Source: a virus (lineage: Duplodnaviria > Caudoviricetes). From it: DNA of 62,814 bases. The translations under genes were made by a program, and so were the position numbers. The notes under the pieces are model-generated. The model saw only the letters and a program-made list of their open reading frames with translations, ran no database searches and was not told where the DNA came from. Below, one piece after another: positions 1 through 9,453 of this stretch; position 1 is the stretch's first letter; each line of letters opens with the position of its first letter. The DNA is taken from IMG/VR virus record IMGVR_UViG_3300048592_000297, positions 1-62,814 of that record; one strand, given 5' to 3'.

Positions 1-326
1 CGATCCCGCTGACTGGTGCCGGTCTGAAACGCAGTAAAGTCATTTGTAGCACGGTTGAAAAGGACGTTGATGCCCTTCTTCACCTTGGCCTCAACATCTA
101 CCGTAACCACTGGTACAGTTTTGTAGCCAATGTCTACGGCCCGTGCTAGCCGCTGGTGCCCTGACAATACAAGCCCGCTTCGGTCACAAAAGATCGGCTG
201 CACAAATCCGAGCTTCAGCAGCGACAGGCGTAGAAGCATAGTGCGTACAGCATCGGCCTTTCGTGGGTTGGATGCGTCTGGTCGAACGTCAGTTACACCG
301 ACCTTATCAATCGCAAACGTCACCAT
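1..326 (-). CDS. ParB/Sulfiredoxin-like N-terminal domain protein (partial, runs off window; absent from ORF track)
   Basis: Manual translation from ATG at 326: MVTFAIDKVGVTDVRPDASNPRKAD...SLLKLGFVQPIFCDRSGLVLSGHQRLARA. Shows the ParB-N motifs NPR, GF.QPI and GHQR. Confidence 0.8.
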   Translation of the reverse strand, partial: MVTFAIDKVGVTDVRPDASNPRKADAVRTMLLRLSLLKLGFVQPIFCDRSGLVLSGHQRLARAVDIGYKTVPVVTVDVEAKVKKGINVLFNRATNDFTAFQTGTSQRD

Positions 327-1035
327 CTCCGGTTCCTTCGGTAGCTATTCCGACTTCCGCCAGCGCCTCGTTATCCAGCCCAAGCCTACGAAACAGCTCC
401 TCTTGGATATTCGCATTGACGTAGTTGAACTGCACCTTAAGCGCAGTCGCCCACAGGTTGTACGTTTCTACTGGAAGATGAAGCACAAACTCGCCGATTA
501 CAATTCGCGTTCGAAGCGGTCCAAGTCCGTTGTTTGTGCTGGTAGCTGCCTGCACTGTGTCCTCGCTTGGCGTGGACGATAGGCAATCGTCTGCAACCAC
601 TTGCGTAAGGCAATCTACCTCCTCGCGAGAAAACCCCAGATACGTGAAATCGATTACGCCCACCAGCTCCGACAACTCGGCCGACAGCAAGTCTGTGTTC
701 CACGTAGCGATCTCGGCGAGCTTGTTGTCAACGATTCGAAACGCCCGAATCTGGTCCTCGGACAGATGGTGTACACGAACTACTGGAACGCTGCTGTAAC
801 CAAGAGCTTTCGCTGCCTTGACCCGTGTATGTCCGGCAACAAGCACATTATCAGCATCGACAAGGCACGGAATGATGAATCCAAACTCACGAATCGAGTT
901 CGCCACATACTCGACTGCAGCATCGTTGTCGCGGGGGTTGTTCTCGTATTCGTGAATGTCCTCAATTTCGAGGTATTCCAGCTCAAGCTGCTGCTGGGCG
1001 ACGGCAGCGCGACTACGTCTAGTGCGGGCGCTCAT
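307..1035 (-). CDS. ParB-like N-terminal domain protein
   Basis: YENNPRDND..VANSIREFGFIIPCLVD..LVAGHTRVKAA..AFRIVDNK is a classic phage ParB-N motif set. Start placed at MSART (ORF track gives 1047). Confidence 0.85.
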   Translation of the reverse strand: MSARTRRSRAAVAQQQLELEYLEIEDIHEYENNPRDNDAAVEYVANSIREFGFIIPCLVDADNVLVAGHTRVKAAKALGYSSVPVVRVHHLSEDQIRAFRIVDNKLAEIATWNTDLLSAELSELVGVIDFTYLGFSREEVDCLTQVVADDCLSSTPSEDTVQAATSTNNGLGPLRTRIVIGEFVLHLPVETYNLWATALKVQFNYVNANIQEELFRRLGLDNEALAEVGIATEGTGDGDVCD

Positions 1036-1066
1036 AGCCTGCCTCACTCACGCGGTGCATCATTCG

Positions 1067-1096
1067 AAAAAAAACGGCGGGGTTGCCCCCGCCGTG
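1067..1096 (-). terminator. Rho-independent terminator
   Basis: On - strand ACGGCGGGG-GCAA-CCCCGCCGT followed by a T run, just after the 1117 stop. Confidence 0.9.
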
Positions 1097-1116
1097 CTCC
1101 CCTCTAGCAGATTCGA

Positions 1117-2331
1117 CTACTCCTCCTCGGCGCCATCGACTGCCTTCTGCGCTTCCTGCCGCGCCTTCGCCCGCTGACGAACCAGACGACGAACGTCCTT
1201 CTGTTCGAGGAAGGATTCCGCCCAATCGAGAACGATACGCTCGAACGTCTCAGCGGGGGGCAGGTCAAGCGTCTCTTGCGCAATTGCGAGAATTGCACTT
1301 ACGGTATCGGACGCCGCCTCCGGCAGCGCGAACGTGAACCGCTCCATCTTGACAACGTCACGCTTGCTACCGGGCGTCGCCGTCTGGTTGCGGGTGGCGC
1401 TGATGGTCTCCTTCAGCTCGGTAACGGACTGCGTCGAAGCCGCTTCCATCAGGCCCGCCGGGTCGGCGTCGTCGAACACACGCTGAATGAGCGCAGCCTT
1501 CGAGTAGCCGATGGTGGCCAGATCGTCGGCTCCGAGACCGTGGCGTCGGAACTGGGTGTAGATCGCGAGCAGATCCATCGCCTTGCGATAACCGACGTTC
1601 ATGTCCTCGGTAAATAGACGAAACCCTCCCAACCCCTCGTAGCGCGAGTCCAGATAGCGATAGAGCTTGCGAACCCGCACCGCGTAGAGCGCGGCCCCCA
1701 ACTGCCACTCGGCGTTGATACTGGCCGTGGACAGTTCCGCAATCAACTCGCGGACATCGTCACTCTCCTCGACCATCTGCCGGACTTCAGGATCTTCCTC
1801 GTCTTCGGTGAGGACGATCATGTTGCCGAGTTCAGGGTCGGCTTCTTCTTCGTCTTCTTCGGCTTCTTCAGCCTCTTCTTCGTCTTCTTCGTCGTCTTCT
1901 TCTTCGACCGGCGCGACAGTCGCCTTGGCCTTGGCGGCAGGCTTGGCCTTGGCGGCAGGCTTGGCGGACTGCTTGCTCTTGTTCCCGGCGGAAGGCAGCG
2001 CAATCTCGTCTTCGAACACTTCGATGTCGAACACGTCGCCGTCTTCGCCCGTGACCTTGAGCTTGTACACCGTCTCGTCGTTGTCCTCGTCGGGCGGGAT
2101 CACGGCCGATACCGGGTACTGCTGGCCAGCTACCAGCATCTCCGCGCCATCGGGCAGGCTCTCAGGATCGGAAAATCCGACGAACTGGACGACCTGCTTC
2201 AGTTCGTACCGTGCTTCAGCGGCCTTGACGGCCGGCTTGGCAGCGGCCTTGACGGCCGGCTTGGCAGCGGCCTTGACGGCCGGCTTGACGGCAGGCTTGT
2301 TAACCTGCGGTTTCGTTACTGACTTGACCAT
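1117..2331 (-). CDS. Putative abundant DNA-binding/nucleoid protein (KPAVKAAA histone-H1-like repeats, acidic tract, helical HTH-like C-domain)
   Basis: 404 aa with AKPA repeats, a D/E tract and GC3-rich codons; flanked by its own promoter and terminator. Function is inferred. Confidence 0.6.
   Translation of the reverse strand: MVKSVTKPQVNKPAVKPAVKAAAKPAVKAAAKPAVKAAEARYELKQVVQFVGFSDPESLPDGAEMLVAGQQYPVSAVIPPDEDNDETVYKLKVTGEDGDVFDIEVFEDEIALPSAGNKSKQSAKPAAKAKPAAKAKATVAPVEEEDDEEDEEEAEEAEEDEEEADPELGNMIVLTEDEEDPEVRQMVEESDDVRELIAELSTASINAEWQLGAALYAVRVRKLYRYLDSRYEGLGGFRLFTEDMNVGYRKAMDLLAIYTQFRRHGLGADDLATIGYSKAALIQRVFDDADPAGLMEAASTQSVTELKETISATRNQTATPGSKRDVVKMERFTFALPEAASDTVSAILAIAQETLDLPPAETFERIVLDWAESFLEQKDVRRLVRQRAKARQEAQKAVDGAEEE
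2221..2297. repeat. 24-bp tandem repeat encoding KPAVKAAA
   Basis: GGCCTTGACGGCCGGCTTGGCAGC x2 plus partial copies. Confidence 0.85.
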
Positions 2332-2384
2332 TGTGCTTACTCCATGCGTGGATAAACGTACCGTATACCATTGCTGGCGTGACC

Positions 2385-2413
2385 ATTATCGACTTCCACA
2401 ATAACCAAGTCAA
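2385..2413 (-). promoter_or_regulatory. sigma70-type promoter for the 404-aa gene
   Basis: TTGACT-17bp-GATAAT on - strand; a TTGC-N8-GCAA site (2430-2445) lies just upstream of the -35. Confidence 0.75.
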
Positions 2414-2432
2414 CCGCTACAGCGAAGATTTG

Positions 2433-3005
2433 CTACCGTCTGCAAACCGCATATAACTGCTGAATCGTCCCAGCTACTTTCGCAAACGGCTCAACTCTTG
2501 CCTTGCGGGCCATGGCGAGTCGAATCTTGGCATCCCTATTATAGCGCAAATCAATCCCGAAAAACATAAGCAACACCGCATCCGCAATATCGTCGTTAGG
2601 GATGTGCGCACCTGTAGTCCTGCGTCTCGCCGCAGCAATCATATCCTGTTTATCAGCTCTGCCATTGCCGGTTGCGTACTTCTTCAGCGCCGACGGCGGC
2701 ACTGTAACGATGCTGCATCCTTGCAGCGCAGCAACAACACGAACAGCGCCATGCAGCTCGGCAATGTCGGCAACCCGCCCCACTCCGTGCATAGCGACGC
2801 CTTCCATGCAGACTGTGTCCGCCTTGTGCAGTGTCAAGAACTCATCAATCGAGGCAGCGACATAAAGCAATCGTGCTGTGCCAGTTGCTCTATTGTCGCT
2901 ACGGTTGTTGAGCCGCACATGCTGATAGGTCAAGCGCCCGCCCTGTAGAACTGCCAGCCCGGTCCCGTTCAGAGAAGGGTCGATCCCTACGACAACACTG
3001 TTCAT
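2433..3005 (-). CDS. ruvC: RuvC-like Holliday junction resolvase
   Basis: VVGIDPSLNGTG, MEG, PSALKKYATGNGRADKQDM and NDDIADA motifs. Confidence 0.88.
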   Translation of the reverse strand: MNSVVVGIDPSLNGTGLAVLQGGRLTYQHVRLNNRSDNRATGTARLLYVAASIDEFLTLHKADTVCMEGVAMHGVGRVADIAELHGAVRVVAALQGCSIVTVPPSALKKYATGNGRADKQDMIAAARRRTTGAHIPNDDIADAVLLMFFGIDLRYNRDAKIRLAMARKARVEPFAKVAGTIQQLYAVCRR

Positions 3006-3952
3006 CAGCCAGCAACCTCCGGCGCAAGTCGGAAGCAGGCAACCGCTGCTGGGCAGCTCTGAGCACGCTTCTGGCTTCGAGACGAACACAGCGTGCGGGG
3101 CGGCGGGGCACTAGACGTGCCTGTTCGATAGTCGTTAAGCTGCCGTGCTTCAATCAGGTAGCTGGTGGCTCGTTCGTAGTTCGAGGGCACGTCAACCACA
3201 AACTCTTTGAACGGAGTGCCAATCTTCCAATCTTTGCACACATACAAAATCGACACCTTGTCGTACAACGATATAGTGCGCTTACGCTCGAACAAGCGCC
3301 AATACAAGAGAGTTTGCACAATATGGTCCGGCTGCGGACGGTTAAGTTCTTCAAACTGCGGACGCGCCATGCTCTTAACCTCGACAATCAACAACGCATT
3401 CATGTAGAGCGCCAGATCGATATGCCCCACAATCTTATCGGTATCGTCAATGACCTGTAGCTCGGCATGGTTCAGTAAAGGCGATTGGCACTTATCACAC
3501 CGAACGCCGCGCTCGGCGGCTCTGCGAGCGTTCGCCAACGTCATCGGCTCAGAAAGCTGTCTATCGTCCTCCGAACAAACACACGTCCAGCGGGCATACA
3601 CATCGTCTCGCCTGCTCATGACCTTGTTGACTACAAACCGACCTATCGACTCGCCTATAGCGAATGTAATGCCTTGACTATCCCACAGCGTCTGTGGCGC
3701 TACAGGAATAGCAAGACGCTCCGTCAGCGCGATTTGCCGAACACATCTCGATACTAGATCAGAAACATGAATGTGCCCGCTTTCGCGCATGTGTCTTAAG
3801 ACGGGGCCGGTGTTTAAAGACGGCAGAATCGCTGTAGGACGATTGTATCCTCGTATGTGCGCCTCTGCAGCAGCGGGGGTCGGCGGCGTCTCGACTTCCC
3901 GCCTACGCCTCGTAGAACCGCTGCCGTAGAGTATATCCGCAGAACGACGCAT
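3005..3952 (-). CDS. Cas4-like PD-(D/E)XK exonuclease
   Basis: HVSDL..RC, GHID..IVEVKS, Q..LY and a C-terminal Cys cluster (C..C.....C); GGAG RBS before MRRSAD. Confidence 0.8.
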   Translation of the reverse strand: MRRSADILYGSGSTRRRREVETPPTPAAAEAHIRGYNRPTAILPSLNTGPVLRHMRESGHIHVSDLVSRCVRQIALTERLAIPVAPQTLWDSQGITFAIGESIGRFVVNKVMSRRDDVYARWTCVCSEDDRQLSEPMTLANARRAAERGVRCDKCQSPLLNHAELQVIDDTDKIVGHIDLALYMNALLIVEVKSMARPQFEELNRPQPDHIVQTLLYWRLFERKRTISLYDKVSILYVCKDWKIGTPFKEFVVDVPSNYERATSYLIEARQLNDYRTGTSSAPPPRTLCSSRSQKRAQSCPAAVACFRLAPEVAG

Positions 3953-3968
3953 ACCCACTCCTCTGTAG

Positions 3969-4346
3969 TTATGGCTTTCGCAGGTTATCTGCGTCCAGTG
4001 CATAGACAGGAACGACAGCGATTTCCTTAAACGGATTGCCCGCGCTGTCTAAGAACTCTATTACAATCGCTGGTAGTTCCCTGTTTGCAAGCGCAGCGTT
4101 TTCAATCTTCTCTAGCATCGCTAACGTAACCGAGAACGAACGGTGTGTAGTGCATTTAGCCTCAACGCGATAGAGACCGTTGTACCGAATCACATCGCCC
4201 TTGTGGAGCTTGTTACCACTACCGGGCGTGAGCTTGCCATCTCCGCGTCGTGCAAGGTACTTCTCCTGCGCTGCCGCTCGCTTGTGTGCAGCAGACCGAC
4301 GGTCGTTAGCGCCAGACATCCTAGCCAGTTTACTCGCTCGGGTCAT
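3969..4346 (-). CDS. Hjc-type PD-(D/E)XK resolvase/endonuclease
   Basis: QEKYLA..TPGSG..KGDV..VEAKCT motif pattern. Confidence 0.7.
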   Translation of the reverse strand: MTRASKLARMSGANDRRSAAHKRAAAQEKYLARRGDGKLTPGSGNKLHKGDVIRYNGLYRVEAKCTTHRSFSVTLAMLEKIENAALANRELPAIVIEFLDSAGNPFKEIAVVPVYALDADNLRKP

Positions 4347-5466
4347 CTTCGTGCACCGTAGTGTCGAACCGCAACAGGAACTTTCGAGGCATCCCCATGT
4401 GCTGGGCTTGCGCCCGAAGCAAGTAGTTGCTCAGGGCACGATAAACTCCACGATTCTGGTTCAAGAAGACGGCCGCTTTAGCGGGGCTTTCAAGCGAATA
4501 CTCCTGACCATCAAACTCCAGCTTCCAGTATTTCCCACCGCCCGTGAATACCCCAAACTTCTTGGCATACGCCAAGACAGTTGGCGAATCGTCCACGTCA
4601 CCGTCGTGGAGACCAGAATCGAGGTCATCCATACGGCACAACTTGAACTCGCCCTGCCTCGGGCCGTTGTTAACCTTGTTCTTGGTAATTGCAAACTCAT
4701 GCACGTTGTGGGTTACAACATCCACATCGTACTGGTCTTTGCCTACTGTCTCCTTGTTGAGCATCCGCCACACTAGACTAGGGAAGTGCTCTACCGCACG
4801 CCCGCCGGGCGCTATGCGATTGTCACCATACATCTGTCCGATCCGAGTGCGAAATTGATTGATGTACAAAACGGCAGGCTCGTGACCTCGCAGCCTTTCG
4901 TGCACCATCGAGCCAGTAATCTTGCGGCACAACCGACCAATCAATCTCGACTGCAGTCCAATATGTGCATCCTCAGCGCTACTGTCTGCTTCTGCAAACG
5001 GTAGCAAAGTCGCCAACGAGTCTATAACGAGGATGGATACCTGCTCGGTCGAGACGAACAGATCCGCCATATCCACCGCATGTTCGCCAATCTGAGATTC
5101 CACGACTTGGATTCGCTCAAGATCGACGCCCAACTTTTTGGCCCACACCGTGTCAAAGGCTTTCTCGCAGTCCATGAATACTGCAACACTGTCTGGATAT
5201 TTGCGCTGAGCGTTAGCAATTATCTTGCAGGCAATGGTAGTCTTGCCAGCATGTTTCTCGCCAACGATCATGCTCTGCCGCCCCTGCGGTATCCCGCCGA
5301 GCGTGCACAGATCCAGAATAAACGATCCAGTGCTTATGCGCTGTGGTGCATTGATATGTGTTCCCTTGTTGGATACAGGACCGTACTTCTTCGTAATGCT
5401 GGTGAGGGTTTCATCTAGTTCAGTCTGTTGAGAATCCGCAGGCCGCTTCAATCGTACCCTAGTCAT
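4330..5466 (-). CDS. recA: RecA-family recombinase
   Basis: ISTGSFILDLCTLGGIPQGR, Walker A GEKHAGKTT, LVIDSLA, INQFR..IG, PGGRA. Confidence 0.95.
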   Translation of the reverse strand: MTRVRLKRPADSQQTELDETLTSITKKYGPVSNKGTHINAPQRISTGSFILDLCTLGGIPQGRQSMIVGEKHAGKTTIACKIIANAQRKYPDSVAVFMDCEKAFDTVWAKKLGVDLERIQVVESQIGEHAVDMADLFVSTEQVSILVIDSLATLLPFAEADSSAEDAHIGLQSRLIGRLCRKITGSMVHERLRGHEPAVLYINQFRTRIGQMYGDNRIAPGGRAVEHFPSLVWRMLNKETVGKDQYDVDVVTHNVHEFAITKNKVNNGPRQGEFKLCRMDDLDSGLHDGDVDDSPTVLAYAKKFGVFTGGGKYWKLEFDGQEYSLESPAKAAVFLNQNRGVYRALSNYLLRAQAQHMGMPRKFLLRFDTTVHEDDPSE

Positions 5467-5816
5467 AGGACGCCCGCCTCTCGGTCTTTCAGATAGGCGT
5501 CTAGTTCTTCGACAAGACGCCGCTGAACCAGCCCAGCAATTTCCTCGGAACGCTGCTGAAGCTGCTCCTTGTAACAGGGTATGCGCACCTCTACATGCAC
5601 CCTCAGAGATTCGTAGTTGCCCAGATTACGGGTAACGGACGCCCCGACTTCGACATAGGCAGGATCGACCAAAAACTCCTCTACTTGCAGCGGTACGGTC
5701 TGCTCGCGGTCGTCAACAACTTCCTTGACGACGACATTCTTCACAGCAACGGTCATCTGGCCTTGCACCTTCACAACGTCAGAACGGCGCTTTCGTACAG
5801 AGGTCTGAGTAGTCAT
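5463..5816 (-). CDS. Conserved phage hypothetical protein
   Basis: TRNLGNYESLRV segment; ATGA-coupled to recA. Confidence 0.7.
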   Translation of the reverse strand: MTTQTSVRKRRSDVVKVQGQMTVAVKNVVVKEVVDDREQTVPLQVEEFLVDPAYVEVGASVTRNLGNYESLRVHVEVRIPCYKEQLQQRSEEIAGLVQRRLVEELDAYLKDREAGVL

Positions 5817-5829
5817 TGGTTGTGTGTCC

Positions 5830-6054
5830 TTATTCCTTCGGCAGATAATCGATTATGGATTCCGTTTCTAGGTCGAAAACATGCGCCCACGTTCCCCACT
5901 GATGGCAGACCAGCGCATCGCGCGCATCCTCAACAGTATCGAACGCTGCATGGAACTCGCGTGCCCCGCCTTCCGGGTAATAAGTATCGCCCGCAAACAC
6001 CAAATACCGCTTCATTATCGTCCCCCTCACAACGCAGTTGTGCGCTGTTGTCAT
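5830..6054 (-). CDS. Small phage hypothetical protein
   Basis: MKRYLVFAGDTYYPEGGA..; an alternative start at 6015 has a strong RBS. Confidence 0.65.
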   Translation of the reverse strand: MTTAHNCVVRGTIMKRYLVFAGDTYYPEGGAREFHAAFDTVEDARDALVCHQWGTWAHVFDLETESIIDYLPKE

Positions 6055-6602
6055 GGATAGTTGGCTCGCACACGTTCAATTACGTCAGCCATCACTTCTG
6101 CATAGATTCGTGCAGAAGGGTGAAAATAGTCATAGCCGCCGATGTGCAAACTCACTAGCGTAGCCGCAATCACATCCACCTCCTCTCGCAAGTATCTGCG
6201 GTGGTTGTACTTTGTGTCGCGATACACAGGCGCGGGAACGAGCCGTTTCGTCACCCAAGACTTCACAGTAACCAGCGTCTTTCCAGTAGCTAGTGCAAGC
6301 TCCTGCATGGAGTACGTCTCGGCCGTGAACAGCGTACCGCTAGTGGGCGACACAATTTCGCGCAAAACTCCCGCAACCAAAGGCCCGCCGGCTAGAGCGC
6401 TCGGTTCTGTTATCGTCTTGGTCTTCAGGTACGCCCTCCGCGCAGCGTTTTTCGCGCGTTGCCTGTAGTCGGCATCGCTACGATATTTCTCTCGTGCTCG
6501 TTGCCGCTTATTCGATGCGCTTTGAGCGCTTCCACGCGGCGTTTTACGTCGCGCAGAAGACGCGCCGGTTCTTGCTTCTGAAGTCCTCGCTCCAAGTCCC
6601 AT
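6051..6602 (-). CDS. MerR/excisionase-like HTH DNA-binding protein
   Basis: YSMQELALATGKTLVTVKSWVTKRLVPAP..RRYLREEV; basic N-terminus overlaps the helicase gene. Confidence 0.7.
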   Translation of the reverse strand: MGLGARTSEARTGASSARRKTPRGSAQSASNKRQRAREKYRSDADYRQRAKNAARRAYLKTKTITEPSALAGGPLVAGVLREIVSPTSGTLFTAETYSMQELALATGKTLVTVKSWVTKRLVPAPVYRDTKYNHRRYLREEVDVIAATLVSLHIGGYDYFHPSARIYAEVMADVIERVRANYP

Positions 6603-8032
6603 AAAAACACCTCAGCGTTCGATTTCACAAACTCTGCAACTCGCGCAGCAAACTGGTACTCTGCACGAAACGAATCGCGATCCCGGATCGTGACCCATAT
6701 CGGAGTTAGCTTATCAGGCGCAACTCGTAAAATCCTGCCATGCACCTGCACAAAGTTAGCTCTCGGCGTAACGTCTATCCCCGCATCGAGGTGCGGCACG
6801 TCTACTGCCTTGCCAAACACCGAGTAGGTGGTGAATATGATTCTTGCAGAATCTAGCAACGCTGCCTGCTTCCGCATATCCGTTTTCGTTTCGTACAGAC
6901 GAAACTGAATAGGGGTGTACTCCGTCCCTTTTTCCCAGTGCTCTGGACGTTTGTGCCCGCCAAGAACCTTCCGAAATCGCCACGTGTTTCGTCTGCCTGT
7001 GTACACCAAGATGTCTTCGCGTGGAACGCCTGCAAGTACCGCCATCGACGCCAAACACTCCAAATGATGGATTCGAGCGCCGATCACCAGCAGGTTACGG
7101 TGCTTCTGGTAAAGGCGGTGCACTAGCCGCGTAATGAGTGCATTCCTGTCCGAGTCTGCGACAAGCTCCGACACATACCTGCCATCCTTGGGCGAAATCT
7201 GCGCATACCAGCTAGGTATGTTGCCAGTATACTCCACATACCGTGCTTGTGACTTCGGCCGACCTTCCGCAAGAACAACCCTGTCAGACCCTAAGTGCCA
7301 CTCGATCAGCTTTTGTTTTGCGTCCTTGCGGTCTGTTGCGGACAACCCAAGTCTGTACCGGGCGGGGAACATGCCAAGCACATTACTGAACTGATCCGCC
7401 CCGCAAACTTGGTACTCGTCAAATATCACTGTACCGAACCGTTCATAGAACGAACTATGGTATTGACGATTGTACAGAGTCTGTATCATTGCAATCACAA
7501 ACCCGCAACGCTCGTAAACTGCCACCGAGCCTTGCACAATTCCGACTTCACTAACCTCGTAACCAAACAACTTGTTCAAGGTCACGACCCATTGATCCAT
7601 TATGCGTTCTTGATCGACCAAGATCAGGGTCTTCCTCCCGAGACGGGCGGCGATAGTGCAGCCCATCACGGTTTTCCCGGACCCAGTGTACGCTTGAAAG
7701 ATCAGATCGTAGTGCCTGTCGAACCTCCTAACTACGTCATTCACTGGCCTGTGCTGATGACCCCGCAACTCAGGCAATGTACGTGGAGCGCGCAGTCTGT
7801 CGCCAATAGACAAGCTGATGTTGCTATCGTTTGCAATACCTCGTGCAACCGCAAACGCCCGTGGCACATACAGCCCGCCATCGGTTTCTCGGTACGCAAG
7901 AACAGTATCGTTGCTGTTCGTGGCGTAGTTGCGGACCTTGACCTGCAAGGTATTCCGCAACGATGCCTCAGAGGCAGATAGCTGCGATCCTGCAGCTATC
8001 ATGCCTCGCACAAACTGCACGCTCCGCGACAC
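6425..8032 (-). CDS. Superfamily 2 (DEAD/DEAH-like) helicase
   Basis: AYTGSGKT, IFDEYQ, LGLSAT, GRILR; GTG start at 8032 after AGGAGG. Confidence 0.9.
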   Translation of the reverse strand: MSRSVQFVRGMIAAGSQLSASEASLRNTLQVKVRNYATNSNDTVLAYRETDGGLYVPRAFAVARGIANDSNISLSIGDRLRAPRTLPELRGHQHRPVNDVVRRFDRHYDLIFQAYTGSGKTVMGCTIAARLGRKTLILVDQERIMDQWVVTLNKLFGYEVSEVGIVQGSVAVYERCGFVIAMIQTLYNRQYHSSFYERFGTVIFDEYQVCGADQFSNVLGMFPARYRLGLSATDRKDAKQKLIEWHLGSDRVVLAEGRPKSQARYVEYTGNIPSWYAQISPKDGRYVSELVADSDRNALITRLVHRLYQKHRNLLVIGARIHHLECLASMAVLAGVPREDILVYTGRRNTWRFRKVLGGHKRPEHWEKGTEYTPIQFRLYETKTDMRKQAALLDSARIIFTTYSVFGKAVDVPHLDAGIDVTPRANFVQVHGRILRVAPDKLTPIWVTIRDRDSFRAEYQFAARVAEFVKSNAEVFLWDLERGLQKQEPARLLRDVKRRVEALKAHRISGNEHERNIVAMPTTGNARKTLRGGRT

Positions 8033-8033
8033 A

Positions 8034-9116
8034 CTACCTCCTACGAGTCGTCGGGCGCGTAACAGGTCGCACAGCGGGCCGTTCAGACGGGTCACGCGTT
8101 CGTGCGGCAGGCGCCGCCGTCCGTTGCGCAGGCTCGGCGGCTCGTGCGGTCGGACGGCCCGTAACAGGTCGGCTGGACGCTGCCGGACGGCCTCGCGATT
8201 CCGACCGACGAGAAGACGCAGACGGTTCCGGCGCATCGACTTCGTCGTCCTCCTCTATCGGCGCATCCCACGGCAGATCGTCCTCTTCCGCCGAAAACTC
8301 ACCGTTGAGCACCGAATCGGTTTCGGCATCCGATCCGGGGAGCGGGGCAGCGGATTGCTGTCGCCCAAACGGCCTGCCAGCAACTGCCGCCGACGGCCTG
8401 TAAGGCACTCCCGCCGCCTTCGCAACCTCCTCCTCCGACATCTCCGGGTACAACTCCATGTAATTGCATGGTTCCGAGCAGTCCTCCTCGACAGTCTGGT
8501 TGTTCTGCCCCATTCGAGTGCGAACGTAGATCGACAGATCCGGTGCCCACTCGATGAACTGCAAATCTGCCCCACTTCGAGGCTCCTTGTCAGTGTCGCG
8601 ATACAGCTCAACTACTGCACCGCGAATCCCGTCCTCGCCATCGCTGTGCTGCTCCTCAAACCGGAGCCATTTGTTCTGCATACCGGACTTGACGATCAGC
8701 AACTTGCGCGACCATTCCACGTAAGGCTTGGTTGCATCCTTCGGCTGGTAACCCTCCGGGTCGATGACGGTCAGGTACATCGCATAGTACGGGTTCTTGC
8801 CGGAGGCGCAGATGGGGCAACCTTCGATGTGGTTCGGGCACGGCAGGAACGTGTCTTCCCGCCCAGTCCTCGGATTCATCAGAGAATGCTCATACCTGTA
8901 GAACTCGATGTGCCGGTCCAGTATGATAACCCGACGCTGGCTGTTGGGAGCCATCCAGAACCTGAACGGCTCATTCACACGCGAACGCGCGGCGGCACGT
9001 CGTGCCGCAATCCGTTCCTGCTCAAGCCGCGCTTCTTCTCGCCCAGCGGAGCCAAAGAAGCTGGCTCTCGATCCCGCAGTCTGTTGAGGCGTGCGGTTCC
9101 TATCTCTCGTACTCAT
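8034..9116 (-). CDS. Putative single-stranded DNA-binding protein (gp32-like, Zn-binding)
   Basis: RFW..RRVIILD..EH..C..CPIC, acidic then R/P-rich tail; located in the replication cluster. Confidence 0.65.
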   Translation of the reverse strand: MSTRDRNRTPQQTAGSRASFFGSAGREEARLEQERIAARRAAARSRVNEPFRFWMAPNSQRRVIILDRHIEFYRYEHSLMNPRTGREDTFLPCPNHIEGCPICASGKNPYYAMYLTVIDPEGYQPKDATKPYVEWSRKLLIVKSGMQNKWLRFEEQHSDGEDGIRGAVVELYRDTDKEPRSGADLQFIEWAPDLSIYVRTRMGQNNQTVEEDCSEPCNYMELYPEMSEEEVAKAAGVPYRPSAAVAGRPFGRQQSAAPLPGSDAETDSVLNGEFSAEEDDLPWDAPIEEDDEVDAPEPSASSRRSESRGRPAASSRPVTGRPTARAAEPAQRTAAPAARTRDPSERPAVRPVTRPTTRRR

Positions 9117-9126
9117 TGAACACTCC

Positions 9127-9453
9127 TTAGACTATTCGCAGTCTCTTGTTGATTTCAGAGATCAACACCTTGGCTGATTGAATCTGTATCCCAAGCACAA
9201 AAAACCTCTGTACGCGTAGCCGGTGCAAGTCCATTACCTCGGCTCTGCCTCTATCAACCGCAACCAACAGCTTTGCGGTGTCGCCGTTAAACACGCTCAA
9301 TGGACACAGGAACAACAATGCCGTTCCCTGTCGTTTGTGAACCCTGTCAACGACGCACATCTTCAAAGCTACTGGATGTCCGTTGCACAACCTCGTAATC
9401 GGATGCGTGCCATCAGACTCGTTCGCGGCGTGAATTGGCTGTATCTCGTACAT
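9127..9453 (-). CDS. Hypothetical protein
   Basis: 108-aa ORF, TGATG-coupled to primase. Confidence 0.6.
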   Translation of the reverse strand: MYEIQPIHAANESDGTHPITRLCNGHPVALKMCVVDRVHKRQGTALLFLCPLSVFNGDTAKLLVAVDRGRAEVMDLHRLRVQRFFVLGIQIQSAKVLISEINKRLRIV

